In this document: positions 11,447-26,499 of the stretch, one piece after another
Layout of the letters: each line of letters opens with the position of its first letter
How positions within the stretch are numbered: position 1 is the stretch's first letter
Assembly (NCBI RefSeq): GCF_009914755.1
Contig: NC_060933.1
Length of the DNA: 64,000 bases
Direction: 5' to 3' (one strand)
From: the human T2T-CHM13v2.0 reference genome, Homo sapiens
Notes under the pieces: model-generated
Databases searched by the model: none
Told to the model about the DNA's origin: nothing
Seen by the model: only the letters and a program-made list of their open reading frames with translations
Translations under genes and position numbers: made by a program

Positions 11447-12745
11447 AAGCAATGGAGAAAGGACTCCCTATTCAATAAATGGTGCTGAGGTAACTAGCTA
11501 GCCATATGCAGAAGGTTGAAACTGGACCCCTTCCTTTCACCATATACAAAAATCAACTCAAGATGGATTAAGTACTTAATGTACTTAAATGGAAAACCAA
11601 AAACTATAAAAACCGTAAAAGAAAAGCTAGGAAATGTTACTCTAGACATGAACCCTGGCAAAGATTTCTTGATGAAGACTCTTAAAGCAATTGCAACAAA
11701 AACAAAAATTGATAAATGGGACCTAATTAAACTAAAGAGCTTCTGCACAGCAAAAGAAACTATCCACAGAGTAAACAGACTACCTATAGAATGGGAGAAA
11801 ATACTTGCAAACTGTGCATCCAACAAAGGTCTAATATCCAGAATCTATAAGAAACTTAAACAAATTAACAAATGAAAGACAAAAAACCCATTCAAAAATA
11901 GACAAAGGACATGAACAGACACTTTTCAAAAGAAGACCTACATGTGGCCCACAAACAAATGAAAAAAATGCTCAACTTCACTAATCGTTAGAGAAATGCA
12001 AATCAAAACCACAATGAGTTACCATCTCATACCAATCAGAATTGCAATTACTAAAAAGTCAAAAAATAACAGATGCTGACAAGGTTGCAGAGAAAAGGGA
12101 ACTCTTATACACTGCTGTTGGGAATGCAAGTTAGTTCAGTCACTGTGAAAAGCAGTTTGGAGATTTTTCAAAGAACTTGAAACAGAACAGCCATTTGACC
12201 CAGCAATCTCATTACTGGGTATGTACCCAGAGGAGTATAAATGGTTCTACCATAAAGACACATGTACACTTATGTTCATTGCAGCACTCTCACAATAGCA
12301 AAGACATGGAATCAACCTAAATGCCCATCAATGGTGAGTTGGATAAAGAAAATGTGGTATGTATACACCATGAAGTACTATGTAACCATTAAAAAAAATG
12401 AGATCATGTACTTTTAGCAATACAGATGGACCTGAAGGCCATTATCCTAAGTGAATTAACACAGGAACAGAAAACCAAGCACTGCATGTTCTTACTTATA
12501 AGTGTGTGCGAATTATTGAATACACATGGATGGACACAAAGAAGGAAAGAAGAGACACCATGGTCTAATTTAGGATGAATAGTGGGTAAAGGATGAGGAT
12601 TGAAAAACTACATATCAGGTACTATGCTTATTACCTAGGTAACAAAATAATCTACAGCAAACCCCCATGACATACATTTTACCCATGTAACAAACCTGCA
12701 CATGCATCCCCTGAACCTAAAACTTGGAAAGAAAATAAATAAATA
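11447..12745 (+). mobile_element. L1 ORF2 C-terminus and 3'UTR (older L1PA/L1PB)
   Basis: Peptide 11516-11875 [18 protein letters not shown]...; 3' end CCCCTGAACCTAAAA + A-rich tail. Confidence 0.85.
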
Positions 12746-13517
12746 TGACACATATATAGAAAAGTAAATGGATTGAGATAGAGATACCATGCTAATACGA
12801 ATCAAAAGAAAACAGCAATAGCTATAATAATTTCAGACAGAGTAGACTTCAGAGCAAGAAATGTAACCAGTGGCCACTCAGGGATACTACATCATGATTA
12901 AGAGTTCAATTCTCCAAGAAGTCTTAACAATTCTGAACACATATGTGGCTAACAACAGAGCATCATATATGACAGGCAATGCTGATAGAACTGGAAAGAG
13001 AAATAGATTAACCCACTGTTGGAGACTTCAACATCCCTATATCAGAAATACACATATCCAATAGGCAGAAAATCATTAATAACTCAAAAACATGATAAAT
13101 CACCTGGATATAATAGACTTTTAAGACTATTTCATCTAAGCAGAGTACACATTCTTCTCAAGCTCACACAGAACATTCATCACGACAGAGCACATTCTGG
13201 GTCATAGAGTATATCTTCAATTTAGAAGAAGGGAAATCAGAGAATGTGTGCTCTCAGAACACATTGGAATTAAGATACCTGGAAAATCCTACAATACTTG
13301 GAGATTAAACAATATACTTCTAAGTAATACATGGGTCAAAGAAGAACTTTCGAGAGAAACAAAAAAAATTTTTGTTTATATTTAATGAATACATTAAAAT
13401 GAAACTAAATGAAAGCTAAATGAAAATGAAAATACCATTTATAAAAATTAGTGGGAGGCAGCAAACATATTCTTAGAGGGAAATTTATGGTATTGAATCC
13501 ATGCATTAGGAAAAAAG

Positions 13518-13951
13518 TGTTAAATTGAATTCAGTTTGGCCTAAACCTGCCTCCATACATAGTTTAAGTTTCACCTAAACGTCTCTCTGTACATAGTAAA
13601 GTGTAACCTAACTTGATGTGTAAACAGACTGTGATCTACTCTTGTAACAAGTAGCCAAGTCTCAGCAAATCATAGCAGCTGAGTTTTGGTCATTCACAGG
13701 CAGCCAACTTGTACAATTGTGTTCAGATAAGGCAAACACCTACTTGCAACCAATCCACCTGTTTCTGTACTTCACTTCTGTTTTCTGTACATCACTTCCT
13801 TTTTTTATGTCTATGAATGTTACTGACCATGTGGCAGCCCTGGAGTCACTCTGAATGTATTCTGGTTCTGGGTTCTGCCTTGTTTGATAATTGTTCTTTT
13901 CCCAAATAAATTCTGTTAAACTTAATTTGTATAAAGTTTTTTCTTTTAACA
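13518..13951 (+). mobile_element. MER57-like ERV1 solo LTR
   Basis: TGTTAAA...TTTAACA termini, CCAAT-like motifs and AATAAA; inserted in L1M. Confidence 0.7.
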
Positions 13952-14230
13952 GAAGAAAGATCTAAAACCAATCATCGAAGCATTCACTTTAGGAAACCAA
14001 AAAAGAAAAGAAAAGAGCAAATTAAATCCAAGGTAAGCAGAGGATAAGAAATAATAAAAATTAGACCAATTATTAATAATATTAAAAACAGTAATGAATA
14101 AAGAAAATCTACTAAATCAGAAACTGGTTCTTTGGTAAGATCAGTAAACTTGATAAGCCTCTAACCAGGCTAACGAAGAAAAAAAAAAGAAGACACAAAT
14201 TGCCATTTAGTAATATCAGAAATAAGAGAG

Positions 14231-14524
<294 letters not shown>

Positions 14525-14842
14525 TCAATTCAATACTTAATAATCTTCCAAAGCAGAAAGTACCAGTGCTAGAAGGGTATAATGATAATGTATGCCAAAC
14601 TATTTGGAAGAAATTATATCAATTTTCTATAATCTCTTGCAAAAACTAGAGGTAAAGTGAATGCTTTTTAACTCATTCTATGATGCCAGCATTATCCTAT
14701 ACCAAAACCAGACAAAGACGCTACAAGAAAAGAACACTGAAAACCAATATATCTCATAAACATATTTATGAGATAAATATGAGATAATTATCAACAAAAT
14801 ATTAGCGCATCGAATCCAATAATGTTTAAAAAGAATTATACA

Positions 14843-15124
<282 letters not shown>

Positions 15125-15185
15125 GAATTACACACCATGTCCAAGGTACACAGGTCCGATTCACCAAAAGAAAATCAACTCATGC

Positions 15186-17935
15186 CAACATGACTGAACT
15201 AGAAAGAAGTCAAATCCCTGAATAGACCAATAACAAGTTCTGAAATTGAGGGAGTAATTAATAGCCTACCAACCAAAAAAAGCCCAGGACCAGATGGATT
15301 CACAGCCGAATTCTACCAGAGGTACAAGGAGGAGCTGGTACCATTTCTTCTGAAACTATTCCAAACAATATAAAAAGAGGGATTCCTCAATAACTCATTT
15401 TATAAGGCCAGCATCATCCTGATACAAAATCCTGGTAGAGACACAACAAAAAAAGACAATTTCAGGCCAATATCCCTGATGAACATCGATGTGGAAATAC
15501 TCAATACAAATACTGGCAGCACATCAAAAAGCTTATCCCCAATTATCAAGTCGGCTTCATCCCTGAGATGTAAGGCTGGTTCAACATACACAAATCAATA
15601 AACGTAATCCAGCACATAAACAGAACCAATGACAAAAACCACATGATTATCTCAGTAGATGCAGAAAAGGCCTTCGACAAAATCCAACACCCCTTTATGC
15701 TAACAACACTCAATAAACTAGGTATAGATGGAACATGTAACTATTTATGACAAACCCACAGCCAATATCATACCGAATGGGCAAAAGCTGGAAGCATTCC
15801 CTTTGAAAACTGGCACAAGACAAGGATGCCCTCTCTCACCACTCTTATTCAAAATAGTATTGGAAGTTCTGGCCAGGGCAATCAGGCAAGAGAAAGAAAG
15901 AAATAGTATTCAAATAGAAAGAGAGGAAGACAAATGGTCTCTGTTGGCAGATGACATGTTTGTATATTTAGAAAACCCCATCATCTCAGCCCAAAATCTC
16001 CTTAAGCTGACAAGCAACTTCAGCAAAGTCTCAGGATACAAAATCAATGTGCAAAAATCACAAGCATTCCTATAAACCAATTATAGACAAACAGAGAGCC
16101 AAGTCATGAGTGAACTCCCATTCACAATTGCTACAAAGACAATAAAATACCTAGGAATAAAACTTACAAGGGATGTGAAGGACCTCTTCAAGGAGAACTA
16201 CAAACTACTGATCAAGGAAATAAGAGAGGACACAAACAAATGGAAAAACATTCCATGCTCATGGATATGAAGAATCCATATCATGAAAATGGCCATACTG
16301 CCCAAAGAAATTTATACATTCAATGCTATTCCTATCAAGCTACCATTGACTTTCTTCACAGAATTAGAAAAAACTACTTTAAATTTCATATGGAATCAAA
16401 AAAAGAGCCCGCATATCCAAGGCAATCCTAAGCAAAAAGAACAAAACTGGAGGCATCACGCTACCTGTCTTCAAGCTATACTACAAGGCTACAGTAACCA
16501 AAACAGCATGGTACTGGTACCAAAACAGATATATAGACCAATGGAACAGATTAGAGGCCTCAGAAATAAACCACACATCTAGAACCATCTGATTTTCAAC
16601 AAACCTGACAAAAACAAGCAATGGGGAAAGAATTCCCTATTTAATAAACAGTGTTGGGAAAACTGGCTAGGCATATGCAGAAAACTGAAACTGGACCCCT
16701 TCCTTACATCTTACACAAAAACTAACTCAAGATGGATTAAAGGCTTAAACGTAAGACCTAAAGCCATAAAAACCCTAGAAGGAAACCTAGGCAATACCAT
16801 TCAGGACATAGGCATGGGCAAGGACTTCATGACTAAAACACCAAAAGCAATGGCAACGAAAGCCAAAATTGACAAATCGGATCTCATTAAACTAAAGAGC
16901 TTCTGCACAGCAAATGAAACTATCATCAGAGTGAACAGGCAACCTACAGAATGGGAGAAAATTTTTGCAATCTACCCATCTGACAAAGGGCTAATATCCA
17001 GAATCTACAAAGTACTTAAATTTACCAGAAAAAAAAACAACCCCATCAAAAAGTGGGCAAAGGATATGTACAGGCAATTCTTAAAAGAAGACATTTCTGT
17101 GGCCGATAAACATATGAAAAAAAGCTCATCGTCACTGGTCATTAGAGAAATGCAAATCAAAACCACAATGAGATACCATCTCATGCCAGTTAGAATGGCA
17201 ATCATTAAAAAGTCAGGAAACAACAGGTGCTAGAGAGGATGTAGAGAAATAGGAATGCTTTTACACTGTTGGTGGGAGTGTAAATTAGTTCAACCATTGT
17301 GGAAGCAGAGTGGAGATTCCTCAAGGATCTAGAACTAGAAATACCATTTGACCCAGCAATCCCATTACTGGGCATATACCCAAAGGATTATAAATCATTC
17401 TACTATAAAGACACATGCACACATATGTTTATTGTAGCAGTATTTACAATAGCAAGGACTTGGAACCAACCCAGATGTCCATCAATGATCGACTGGATAA
17501 AGAAAACGTGGCACATATACACCATGGAATACTATGCAGCCATAAAAAACGATGAGTTCGTGTCCTTCGCAGGGACATGGATGAAGCTGGGAACCATCAT
17601 CCTCAGCAAACTCATACAGGAAAAGAAAACCAAACACCACATGTTCTCACTCATAAATGGGGGTTGAACAATGAGAATACGTGGACACAGGGAGGGGAAC
17701 ATCACATACTGGAGCCTGTTGGGGGTTGGGGGCAAGGGGAGGGATAGCATTAGGAGAAATATCTAATGCATGCAGGGCTTGAAACCTAGATGACGGGTTG
17801 ATGGGTGCAGCAAACCACCATGGCACATGTATACCTATGTAACAAATCTGCATGTTCTGCACATGTAACCCAGAACTTAAAGTATACTAAAAGAATAAAT
17901 AAATCAATAAATACATAAAAATAAATGGTGAAAAA
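15186..17935 (+). mobile_element. 5'-truncated L1PA7-like element (ORF2 RT to 3'UTR)
   Basis: ORF2 peptides 15728-17667; TSD AAAAGAAAATCAACT(C/T)ATGC 15166-15185 / 17936-17955. Confidence 0.92.
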
Positions 17936-17955
17936 AAAAGAAAATCAACTTATGC

Positions 17956-20900
17956 AATACATCATACTAACAGGCTAAAGAGAAAACATCGCATGATTAT
18001 ATCAACAAATTCTGAGGAAACATTTGATAAATCCAACACTCGTGCATAATAAAAGCTTTCAGCCAACTAGGAATAGAGGAGAACATCCTCACTTGATAAA
18101 GAATATCTACAGAAAACCCATAGTTCATATTGTACTAAATGGTTGGATACTAGAAAATTTCCTGCTAAGGTGAAGAAGAAGAAAAAACGTTTCCTTTTGT
18201 CCTTCATTACACACTGTTCGTGGGAATGTAAATTAGTACAGCCATTATGGAAAACAGTATAGAGGTTCCTCAAAAATTTTAAAATATAACACTATATAAT
18301 CTAGCAAGTCCACCACTGGGCATATATCCAAAAGAAATTCAATCAGACTATCAAAGAAGTATCTGCATTCCCGTGTTTTCTCTAGCAGTATTCATAATAA
18401 CCAATATATGAGATCAACTTAAGTGTCCATCAACTAGAGATAATGCACTTTATATGTGCAATGGAATACTATCAGCCATAAAAAAGGAGAAATTCCCGTC
18501 ATTGTGACAATATGGGTAAACCTCAATGACTGTATATTAAGAGAAATAAGTCAGACACAGAAAAATATTGCATGATCTCACTCATAAGTGGCATCTTGAA
18601 GAGTATTTCTACATCTCATAGAAGTAGAAAGCAGAATGGGCTCACTAAAAATAAGAGACCTAATTCTAGGACTATAAAACCCATATCTCCTCCCCCCACA
18701 CACCTACCTTGCAATCACATCAATTGCACCCTAAATAATAACAGTGGCTTACAAGCAAAAGAACTGTAAGCCTCAGACCTTATTTAAGAAGTCTTTGGGA
18801 ATATTCAAAGATAACAGGGGAGACAAAAGCAAAGACATCAGAGAATTTTAGCCTCTGAGACTTACAGCTACAACATAAGTTAAATATACCAAAGACCTAT
18901 TTACATCAGGTCCTTTACCCATCATGTTTGGCTTTTAACAAACATTACAAAGTATACTAAAAGGCAAAAAATACAATTTGAAAATACAAAAAGCATCAGA
19001 CCAGACCCAGATATGGCAGAAATTTTGGAAATATCAGACTGGGAATTTAAAATAACTGTGATTACTGTACTAAGGTCTCTAATGGAGTCGACTACATGCA
19101 TGCACAGAAGCATAATGTAAGTAAAGTGATAGATGCTCTAAGAAAGATTTTTTAAATGACAGAAATTTAAAACACTAACGGAAATTTAAAAATGCTTTTG
19201 ATACACTTATCATAGATTGAATGCAGTCAAGGAAAGTACCAGGGCCTTAAGGATATGTCATAGAAACCTCTCAAATGATAAGGCAAAAATAAAAAAGAAA
19301 CTTTAAAGAATGGAATACAATATACAAGAACTGTAGAACGAGCACAAAAGGTATAACATATGAATTGTAGGAATGCCACAAAGAGAAGGAAAGGAGAAAA
19401 GAACTGAGAAACATTTAAGAAATAATGACTAATAATTTGCCCAAATAAATGTCAGACACCAAACCACAAATCCAGGAAGTGCAGAGAATGTCAAAGAGGA
19501 TAAATACTAATCTACAGCTAGATACAACATATTCAAACTGTAGAAAATCAAAGACAGAAAATTTTGAAAGAAACCAAAAGAAGAAGAAAAAAAAACATGT
19601 ACAACACACCCACAGCTAATATAATATTGACTGTGGAAAAACTGAAGGCCTTTGCTCTAAGATCTGGAACATGACAAGGATGCCCACTTTCACCCCTGTT
19701 ATTTAACACAGTACTGGAAGTCCCAGCTAGGGCAATCAGACAAGAGGAAAAACTAAAGGCCTGGGAAAGTGTGAAGAGGCTCCGCTGCTGTGGGGTGGGG
19801 TGTCACCAGTTGGTGCAGACCCCAAGTGGTCTGATCCTTGGACTCCCAGTGGGTCCAAATAAGTGCACGGTGGCTCTCCTGCTCGAGAGGGTCAGCTCTC
19901 AGGCTCTGGGGAGCATGTGCATCAGCTCCTTCTGTATTGGGGTTAGCCTGCCCCTTGTGCTGGTTAACTTGTTACCTGGGATGCCGGGTGATGATGTGTG
20001 GGCTCGGGTGCATGGGTTCATGGCTGCACTGCTGGGCCCAGCTGGAGTCATGGTACTGCAGCCTTTTGCGTGGATGTGATGGGATAATGGCAAAGCACTA
20101 GGGATGTACAGATGTATGGGGTCATTGGCCCCTGGGCAGAATGTGCTCTGACAGTGGTTTCATTCTCAAAATGGCACATGCTGCAGCAGTCTGAGTCCTG
20201 GAAATTCTGGGAGCATCAGTGTGATTTCCTCCCTGGAGTAATGCAGTCACGTGGATTCCAGGCAGCTCTCTACCCTGAACTCAAGGCCTGTGAGGATTAT
20301 AGGGCTCTCCTGCAGTTAGGATTACAGGTGTCTGTGGTAGGAATATGAACTTCCCGGGATCTTCCACTTATCTTTTCCCTGCAATAAAGAGTCCTTCTTG
20401 GCTCTGAGTAGATCCCAACCAGATGCTTTGCCTACCTCCCTATGCTGCCATCCCAAGTTTCCATGCCTTAAAGAGTCTTGCTGAATTCTGTTATTCTCCC
20501 CTAGAACCTCTATTTGATGTATGGTTATATACTTGTTATTTTTGCCCTTCTTTGTGAAGAAGGTGAATGCTGGGCACCTCTAGCCAGCCATCTTGATGAC
20601 ATCTCCTCTCTAATAGGGAGTTATTGATCAAAGGGTGCAAAGGTTCAGATGACAAGAGGAATAGATTTCAAGAGCTGTTGCACAGCAGGGGGTCTATAGT
20701 CAATAATAATGTATAATATATTTCAAAATAGCTAAGAGAGTACATTTCAAGTGTCTCATAAAAAATGATAGGTCAGCAAGGTGATGAATGTGTTAATTAG
20801 CTTGATTTAATAATTCCACATTGTATACATATATCAAAACATCACATTATACCCCATGAATGTATATAATTATGATCTGTCAATTGAAAATAATACAATA

Positions 20901-21276
20901 AAAGAAAAAGAAAAGAGCCCAATGATATACTACATCACGTCCATTAGGATGGCTCTAATGCAAAAAGGAAAATAACAAATGTCAGAGATGTAGAAAAATT
21001 GAAACATTCATGCACTATTGGTGGAAATGTAAAGTGGTGTAGCTTCTGTGGAAGACAGTAGGGTAGAGAAGACAGTAGGGTGGTTCCTCAAAAAGTTAAA
21101 AGTAGAAAGACCACATGATCCAGCAATTCCATTCCTAGGTATGTACTCCAAATAATTAAAAATAGGCAGTTGCACAGATAGTTATATACTAATGTTCACA
21201 GCAGCATTATTCACAAAAACTAAAAAGATAAAAATAAACTAAATGTCCATCAATGGACAAATGAATAAACAAAATG

Positions 21277-21315
<39 letters not shown>

Positions 21316-22013
21316 TGTATATATATCTATATAATACATGTATTTATATATATAATGAAACATTATTCCTCCATGAAAAGGAATGATCTTCTGACACATG
21401 CTGGAACATGGCTGAATCTGAAAAATGGTAAGTGAAATAAGCCAAACACAAAAAGACAAATATTCTATGATTCTATCTACATGAAGTAGCTAGAGTAGTC
21501 AATTTCACAAACACAGAAAGTAGAATAGTGGTTACCAGGGGCTTGAAGTGACAGAATGGGGATGTCATGTTTAATGAATACAGAGTTTCAGTTTGAGATG
21601 ATGAAAAAGTTCTGGAGATAGATAGTGGTGATGGTGTACAACAATGTGAACATACTTAATGCCACTAAACTTACACTAAAATATAATTAAAATGGCACAT
21701 TTTTGGTATGGGTATTTCATCATAATAAAAAAATGCAAAATTATAAAACTCTTAGAAGATGACATAGGAAAAAACTCTTAAGTGACATTGGGCTTGTCAA
21801 TGACTCTTTAGATACAATACTAAACACAGTCTGAGAATACAAAAATTGATAAATTGGACTACATTAAAATTATAACTTTCTACTCTTCAAAAGATATGCT
21901 TCAAGAGAATAAAATGACAAGCCATAGACTGGGGCAAAATATTTGCAAAATATATCTGATAAAGGACAATTACTCAAAATACACAGAGAACTCTTAAAAC
22001 TTAACAATAGGAA
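17956..22013. mobile_element. Mosaic of old L1M fragments (includes an antisense 5'UTR ~19770-20610 and (TG)n ~21279-21320)
   Basis: Several L1 ORF1, ORF2 and 3'UTR motifs; boundaries approximate. Confidence 0.6.
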
Positions 22014-22028
22014 AAAAATCCCAATTTT

Positions 22029-25000
22029 TTTCCGACTTTTATTTTAAGTTCAGGGGTACATGTGCAGAATGTGCAGATTTGTTACATATGTAAACATGTG
22101 CCATGGTGATTTGCTACACAGATCATCCCATCACCTAGGTATTAAGTCCAGCATCCATTAGCTATTCTTTCCGATGCTCTCCCTCCTCCCGTCCCCCATT
22201 TTCTGACAGGCCCCAGTGTGTGTTGCTCCCTGCAACCCCCATGTGTCCATGTGTTCTCATCATTTAGCTTCTGCTTATAAGTGAGAACATGTGGTATTTG
22301 GTTTTCTGTTCCTTTATTAGTTTGCTGAGGATAATGGCTTCCAACTCCATCCCTGTCCCTGCAAAGGACATAATCTCATTCGTTTTTATGGCTGTATAGT
22401 ATTCTATGGTGTATATGTACCACATTTTCTTTATCTAGTCTATCATTGATGGTCATTTAAGTTGACTCCATCTCTTTGTTATTGTGAATAGTGCTGCAAT
22501 GAATGTACACGCGCATGTATCTTTATACTAGAATGATTTATATTCCTTTGGGTATTCATCCAGTAATGGATTGCTGGGTCAAATGGTATTTCTGCCTCTA
22601 GGTCTTTGAAGAACTGCCACACTGTCTTCCACAATGGTTGAACTAATTTACACTCCCACCACAGTGTAAAAGTGTTCCTTTTTCTCTGCAACCTCACCAG
22701 CATCTGTTGTTTTTTGACTTTTTAATAATAGCCATTCTGGCTGGTGTGAGATGGTATCTCATTGTGGTTTTGATTTGCATTTTCTCTAATGATTAGCAAT
22801 GTTGAGTATTTTTTTTTTCATGTTTGCTGGCCGCATGTACATCTTCTTTTGAGAAGTGTCTGTCCATGTCCTTTGCCCACTTTTTACTGGGGTTGTTTGT
22901 TTGTTTCTTGTAAATTTGTTTAAATTCCTCACAAATGCTGAATATTAGTTCTCTGTCAGATGGATAGATTGCAAACATTTTCTTCCATTCTGTAGGTTTT
23001 CTGTTCATGCTGATGATAGCTTCTTTTGGTGTACAGAAGTTCCTCAGTTTAATTAGATCCCATTGGTTGCTTTTGCTTTTGGCAATCATTAAATCTTTGC
23101 CCGTGCCTATGTCCTAAATGGTATTGCCTAGATTTTCTTCTAGGATTTTTATAGTTTTGGATTTTACATTTAAGTCTTTCATCCATCTTGAGTTGATTTT
23201 TGTACATGGTGTAAAGAAAGGTTGCAGTTTCAATTTTCTGCATATGGCTAGCCAGTTCTTATAGCACCATTTATTGAATAGGGAGTCCTTTCCCCATTGC
23301 TTGTATTTGTCAGTTTTGTCAAAGATCAGATGGTTGTAGGTGTGTGGTCTTACTTCTGGGTTCTCTATTCTTTTCCATTGGCCTATGTGTCTGTTTTTGT
23401 AGCAGTACCATGCTGTTTTGGTTACTGTAGTCCTGTAGTGCAGTTTGAAGTCAGGTAGCATGATACCTGCAACTTTGTTTTTTGTTTCTTTGTTTGTTTG
23501 TTTTTTAGGATTTTCTTGGCTATTTGGGCTCTTTTTTGGTTCCACGTGAACTTTAAAATACCTTTTTCTAATTCTGTGAAGAATGTCAGTGGTAGTTTAA
23601 TGGGAATTGCATTGAATCTGTAAATTGCTTTGGGCAGTATGGCCATTTTCACAATATTAATTCTTCCTATCCATGAGCATGGAATATTTTTCCATGTTTA
23701 TGTCATCTGTGATTTCTTTGAGCAGTGGTTTATAGTTCTCCTTGAAAAGGTCTTTCACTTTGCTTCTTAGCTATATTCCTAGGTATTTTATTCCTTCTGT
23801 AGCAATCCATTCATTGAATGAATAAGACTTCACTCATTCATGAGATTTCATTCATGATTTGGCTCTAAGCTTGCCTGTTGGTGTACAGGAATGCTAGCAA
23901 TGTTTGCACATTGATTTTGTATTATGAAACTTTGCTGAAGTTGCTTATCAGTTTAAAAAGCTTTTGGGCTGAGACACTGAGGTTTTCTAGATATAGGATC
24001 GTAACATCTACAAACAAAGATAGTTTGACTTCCTCTATTCCTATTTGAATATCCTTTATTTCTTTCTCTTGCCTGATTGCCCTGGTTAGGACCTCCAATA
24101 CTACGTTGAATAGGAGTGGTGAGTGAGGGCATCCTTGTCTTGTAAGGTTTTCAAGGGGAATCCTTCCAGCTTTTGCCTATTCAGTATGATATTGGCTGTG
24201 GCTTTGTCATAAATGGCTGTTATTATTCTGAAGTATGTTCCTTCGATACCTAGTTTATTGAGAGTTTTTAACATGAAGGGATGTTGAATTTTATTGAAGG
24301 TCTTTTCTGCATGTATTGAGGTAATCAGTTGGTTTTTGTCTTTAGTTCTGTTTATGCGACGAACTACGTTTATTGATTTGTGTATGTTGAACCAACTTTG
24401 AATCCTTGGGTTGAAGCCTACTTGATCATGGTAGATAAGCTTTTTAATGTGTTGCTGGATTCCGTTTACCAGTATTTTACTGAGGATTTTTGCAATGATG
24501 CTCATCAAGGATAGTGTCCTGAAGTTTGCTTTTTTTATTGTATCTCTGCCAGGTTTTGGTATCAGGATGATTCGGACCTCATAGAATGAGTTAGGGAGGA
24601 GTCCCTTCTCTTCAATTTTTTGGAATAGTTTCAGTAGAAATGGTACCAGCTTTTCTTTGTACCTCTGGTACACTTCAACTGTGAATCCATCTGGTCCTGG
24701 GCTTTTTTTTGTTGGTAGGCTATTTATTACTGCCTCAATTTCAGAACTGTTTGTCTATTTATGGATTCAATTTCTTCCTGGTTCAGTCTTGGAAGGGCGT
24801 ATGGTGTCAAGAAATTTATCCATTTCTTCTAGACTTTCTAGTTTATGTCCACAGAGGTGTTTGTAGTAATCTCTGATGGTTGTTTGTATTTCGGTGGGGT
24901 CAGTGGTGATATCCCCCTTATCATTTCTGATTGTGTTTATTTGAATTCTCTCCCTTTTCTTCTTTATTTGTCTTGCTAGTGGTCTATCTATTTTATTAAT

Positions 25001-25196
25001 TTTTTCAAGAAACCAGCTTCTGGATTTGTTGTTTTGAAGGGTTTTTCTTATAGAGACAAATCCCCCTCAGTTAAGCTCTGATCTTGCTTATTTCTTGTGT
25101 TCTGCTACCTTTGGGGTTTGTTTGCTCTTGGTTCTCTAGTTTTCTTAGTTGTGATGTTCGATTGTTGACTTGAGATCTTTTTAGCTTTTTGATGTG
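22029..25196 (-). mobile_element. 5'-truncated L1PA (approx. PA8-PA10) in antisense
   Basis: ORF2 peptides 22479-24673; TSD AAAAATCCCAATTTT 22014-22028 / 25197-25211. Confidence 0.92.
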
Positions 25197-25211
25197 AAAA
25201 ATCCCAATTTT

Positions 25212-26480
25212 AAAATGGGCAAAAAATTGAAGAAATACTTTACCAAAGAAGATATGCTGATGGCTAATAAGCAAGTGAAAAAAAATTTCAACATCTTATA
25301 TCATTTGCAAATTGTAAGTTAAAACAACAATGAGATATCTTTACAGAACTATTAGAATGGCTAAAATCCAAAATGCTGACAACACCAAATGCTGATGAGG
25401 ACATGGAGCAACAGGAATTCTCATTCATTGTTGGTAGAAATGCAAAATGATACAGCTATTTTAGAAGACAGTTTAGCAGGATTTTTTCAACTAAACATAT
25501 TCTTACCATGTGGTTTAGCAATCACATTTCTTGGTATCTACCCAAGTGAGCTGAAAATTTATTTCAGCATAAAAACCTGCACATGAGTGAGTATGGCAGC
25601 TTTATTCATAATTTCCCAGACCTGGAAGCAACCAAAATGACTTTAAGTAGGTGAATGAATAAATAGACTGTGGTGCATTTAGACAAGGAATACTATTCAG
25701 TGCTAAAAGGAAAGAGTGAACAAGCCATGAAAATACACTGAGGAACTTTAAAAGCATATTACTAAGTGAAAGAAGCCAATCTGAAAAGGCTGTATCACGT
25801 ATAATTACACCTGTATGAGGTTCTGGAAAGGCAAAACCATGGAGACAGGAAAAAGATCAGTGATTGTCAGGGATTTGGGGAGAGAGAGGCATGAACAGGG
25901 GGAGCATAAGGAATTTTTAGGGCAGTAAAATCTATTTTGAATAATTCTATAAGGAGGATACATATCATTAGACATTTGTCAAAACCCATAGAATGTAAAA
26001 TACAAAGAGTAAACCGTAATGTAAATTATGGGCTTTGATTAATAATAATGTCAAGGTTCCTTCATCAGCTGTAACAAAGGTACCACATGTAACAAACTTA
26101 CAGATGATGTGGACTGCGGTAAGGGGATATGGTTGGGGGAGTATGCAGTAACATTCTGTATTTTCTACTTAAATTTCCTGTGAACTTAAAACTACTTTCA
26201 AAAGTCAATTAATTTTTAAAAATCCATAGAGTGTACTCTAAACAGTAAAATCCAAAGAGTGAACTCTAATGTAAACTATGGGCTTTAATTAATAATAATA
26301 ATATATCAATATTGGTTCAGTTGCTGCACAAGTACCACACTAATGCAAGGTGTTATTTATAGTTAAAACTGTTTTTGTGGTGAGGTGAGGAGCCATATGG
26401 GAAGTGACTCTACTTTCTACTATATTTTTCTGTAAACCTAAAATTACTTTTAAAAATGATTTTATTAATTTAAAAACAAA
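25212..26480 (+). mobile_element. L1MC-like 3' end (host of the antisense L1PA)
   Basis: Continues the 21740-22013 sequence; 3'UTR motif AAAACCCATAGAATGTA. Confidence 0.7.
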
Positions 26481-26499
26481 TATAAGTATTTTCTGTCAA

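Noticed and set aside
25980-26470. Two diverged copies of a ~240-bp segment
   Set aside because: Both look like L1MC 3'UTR sequence, so this is probably intrinsic to the element.
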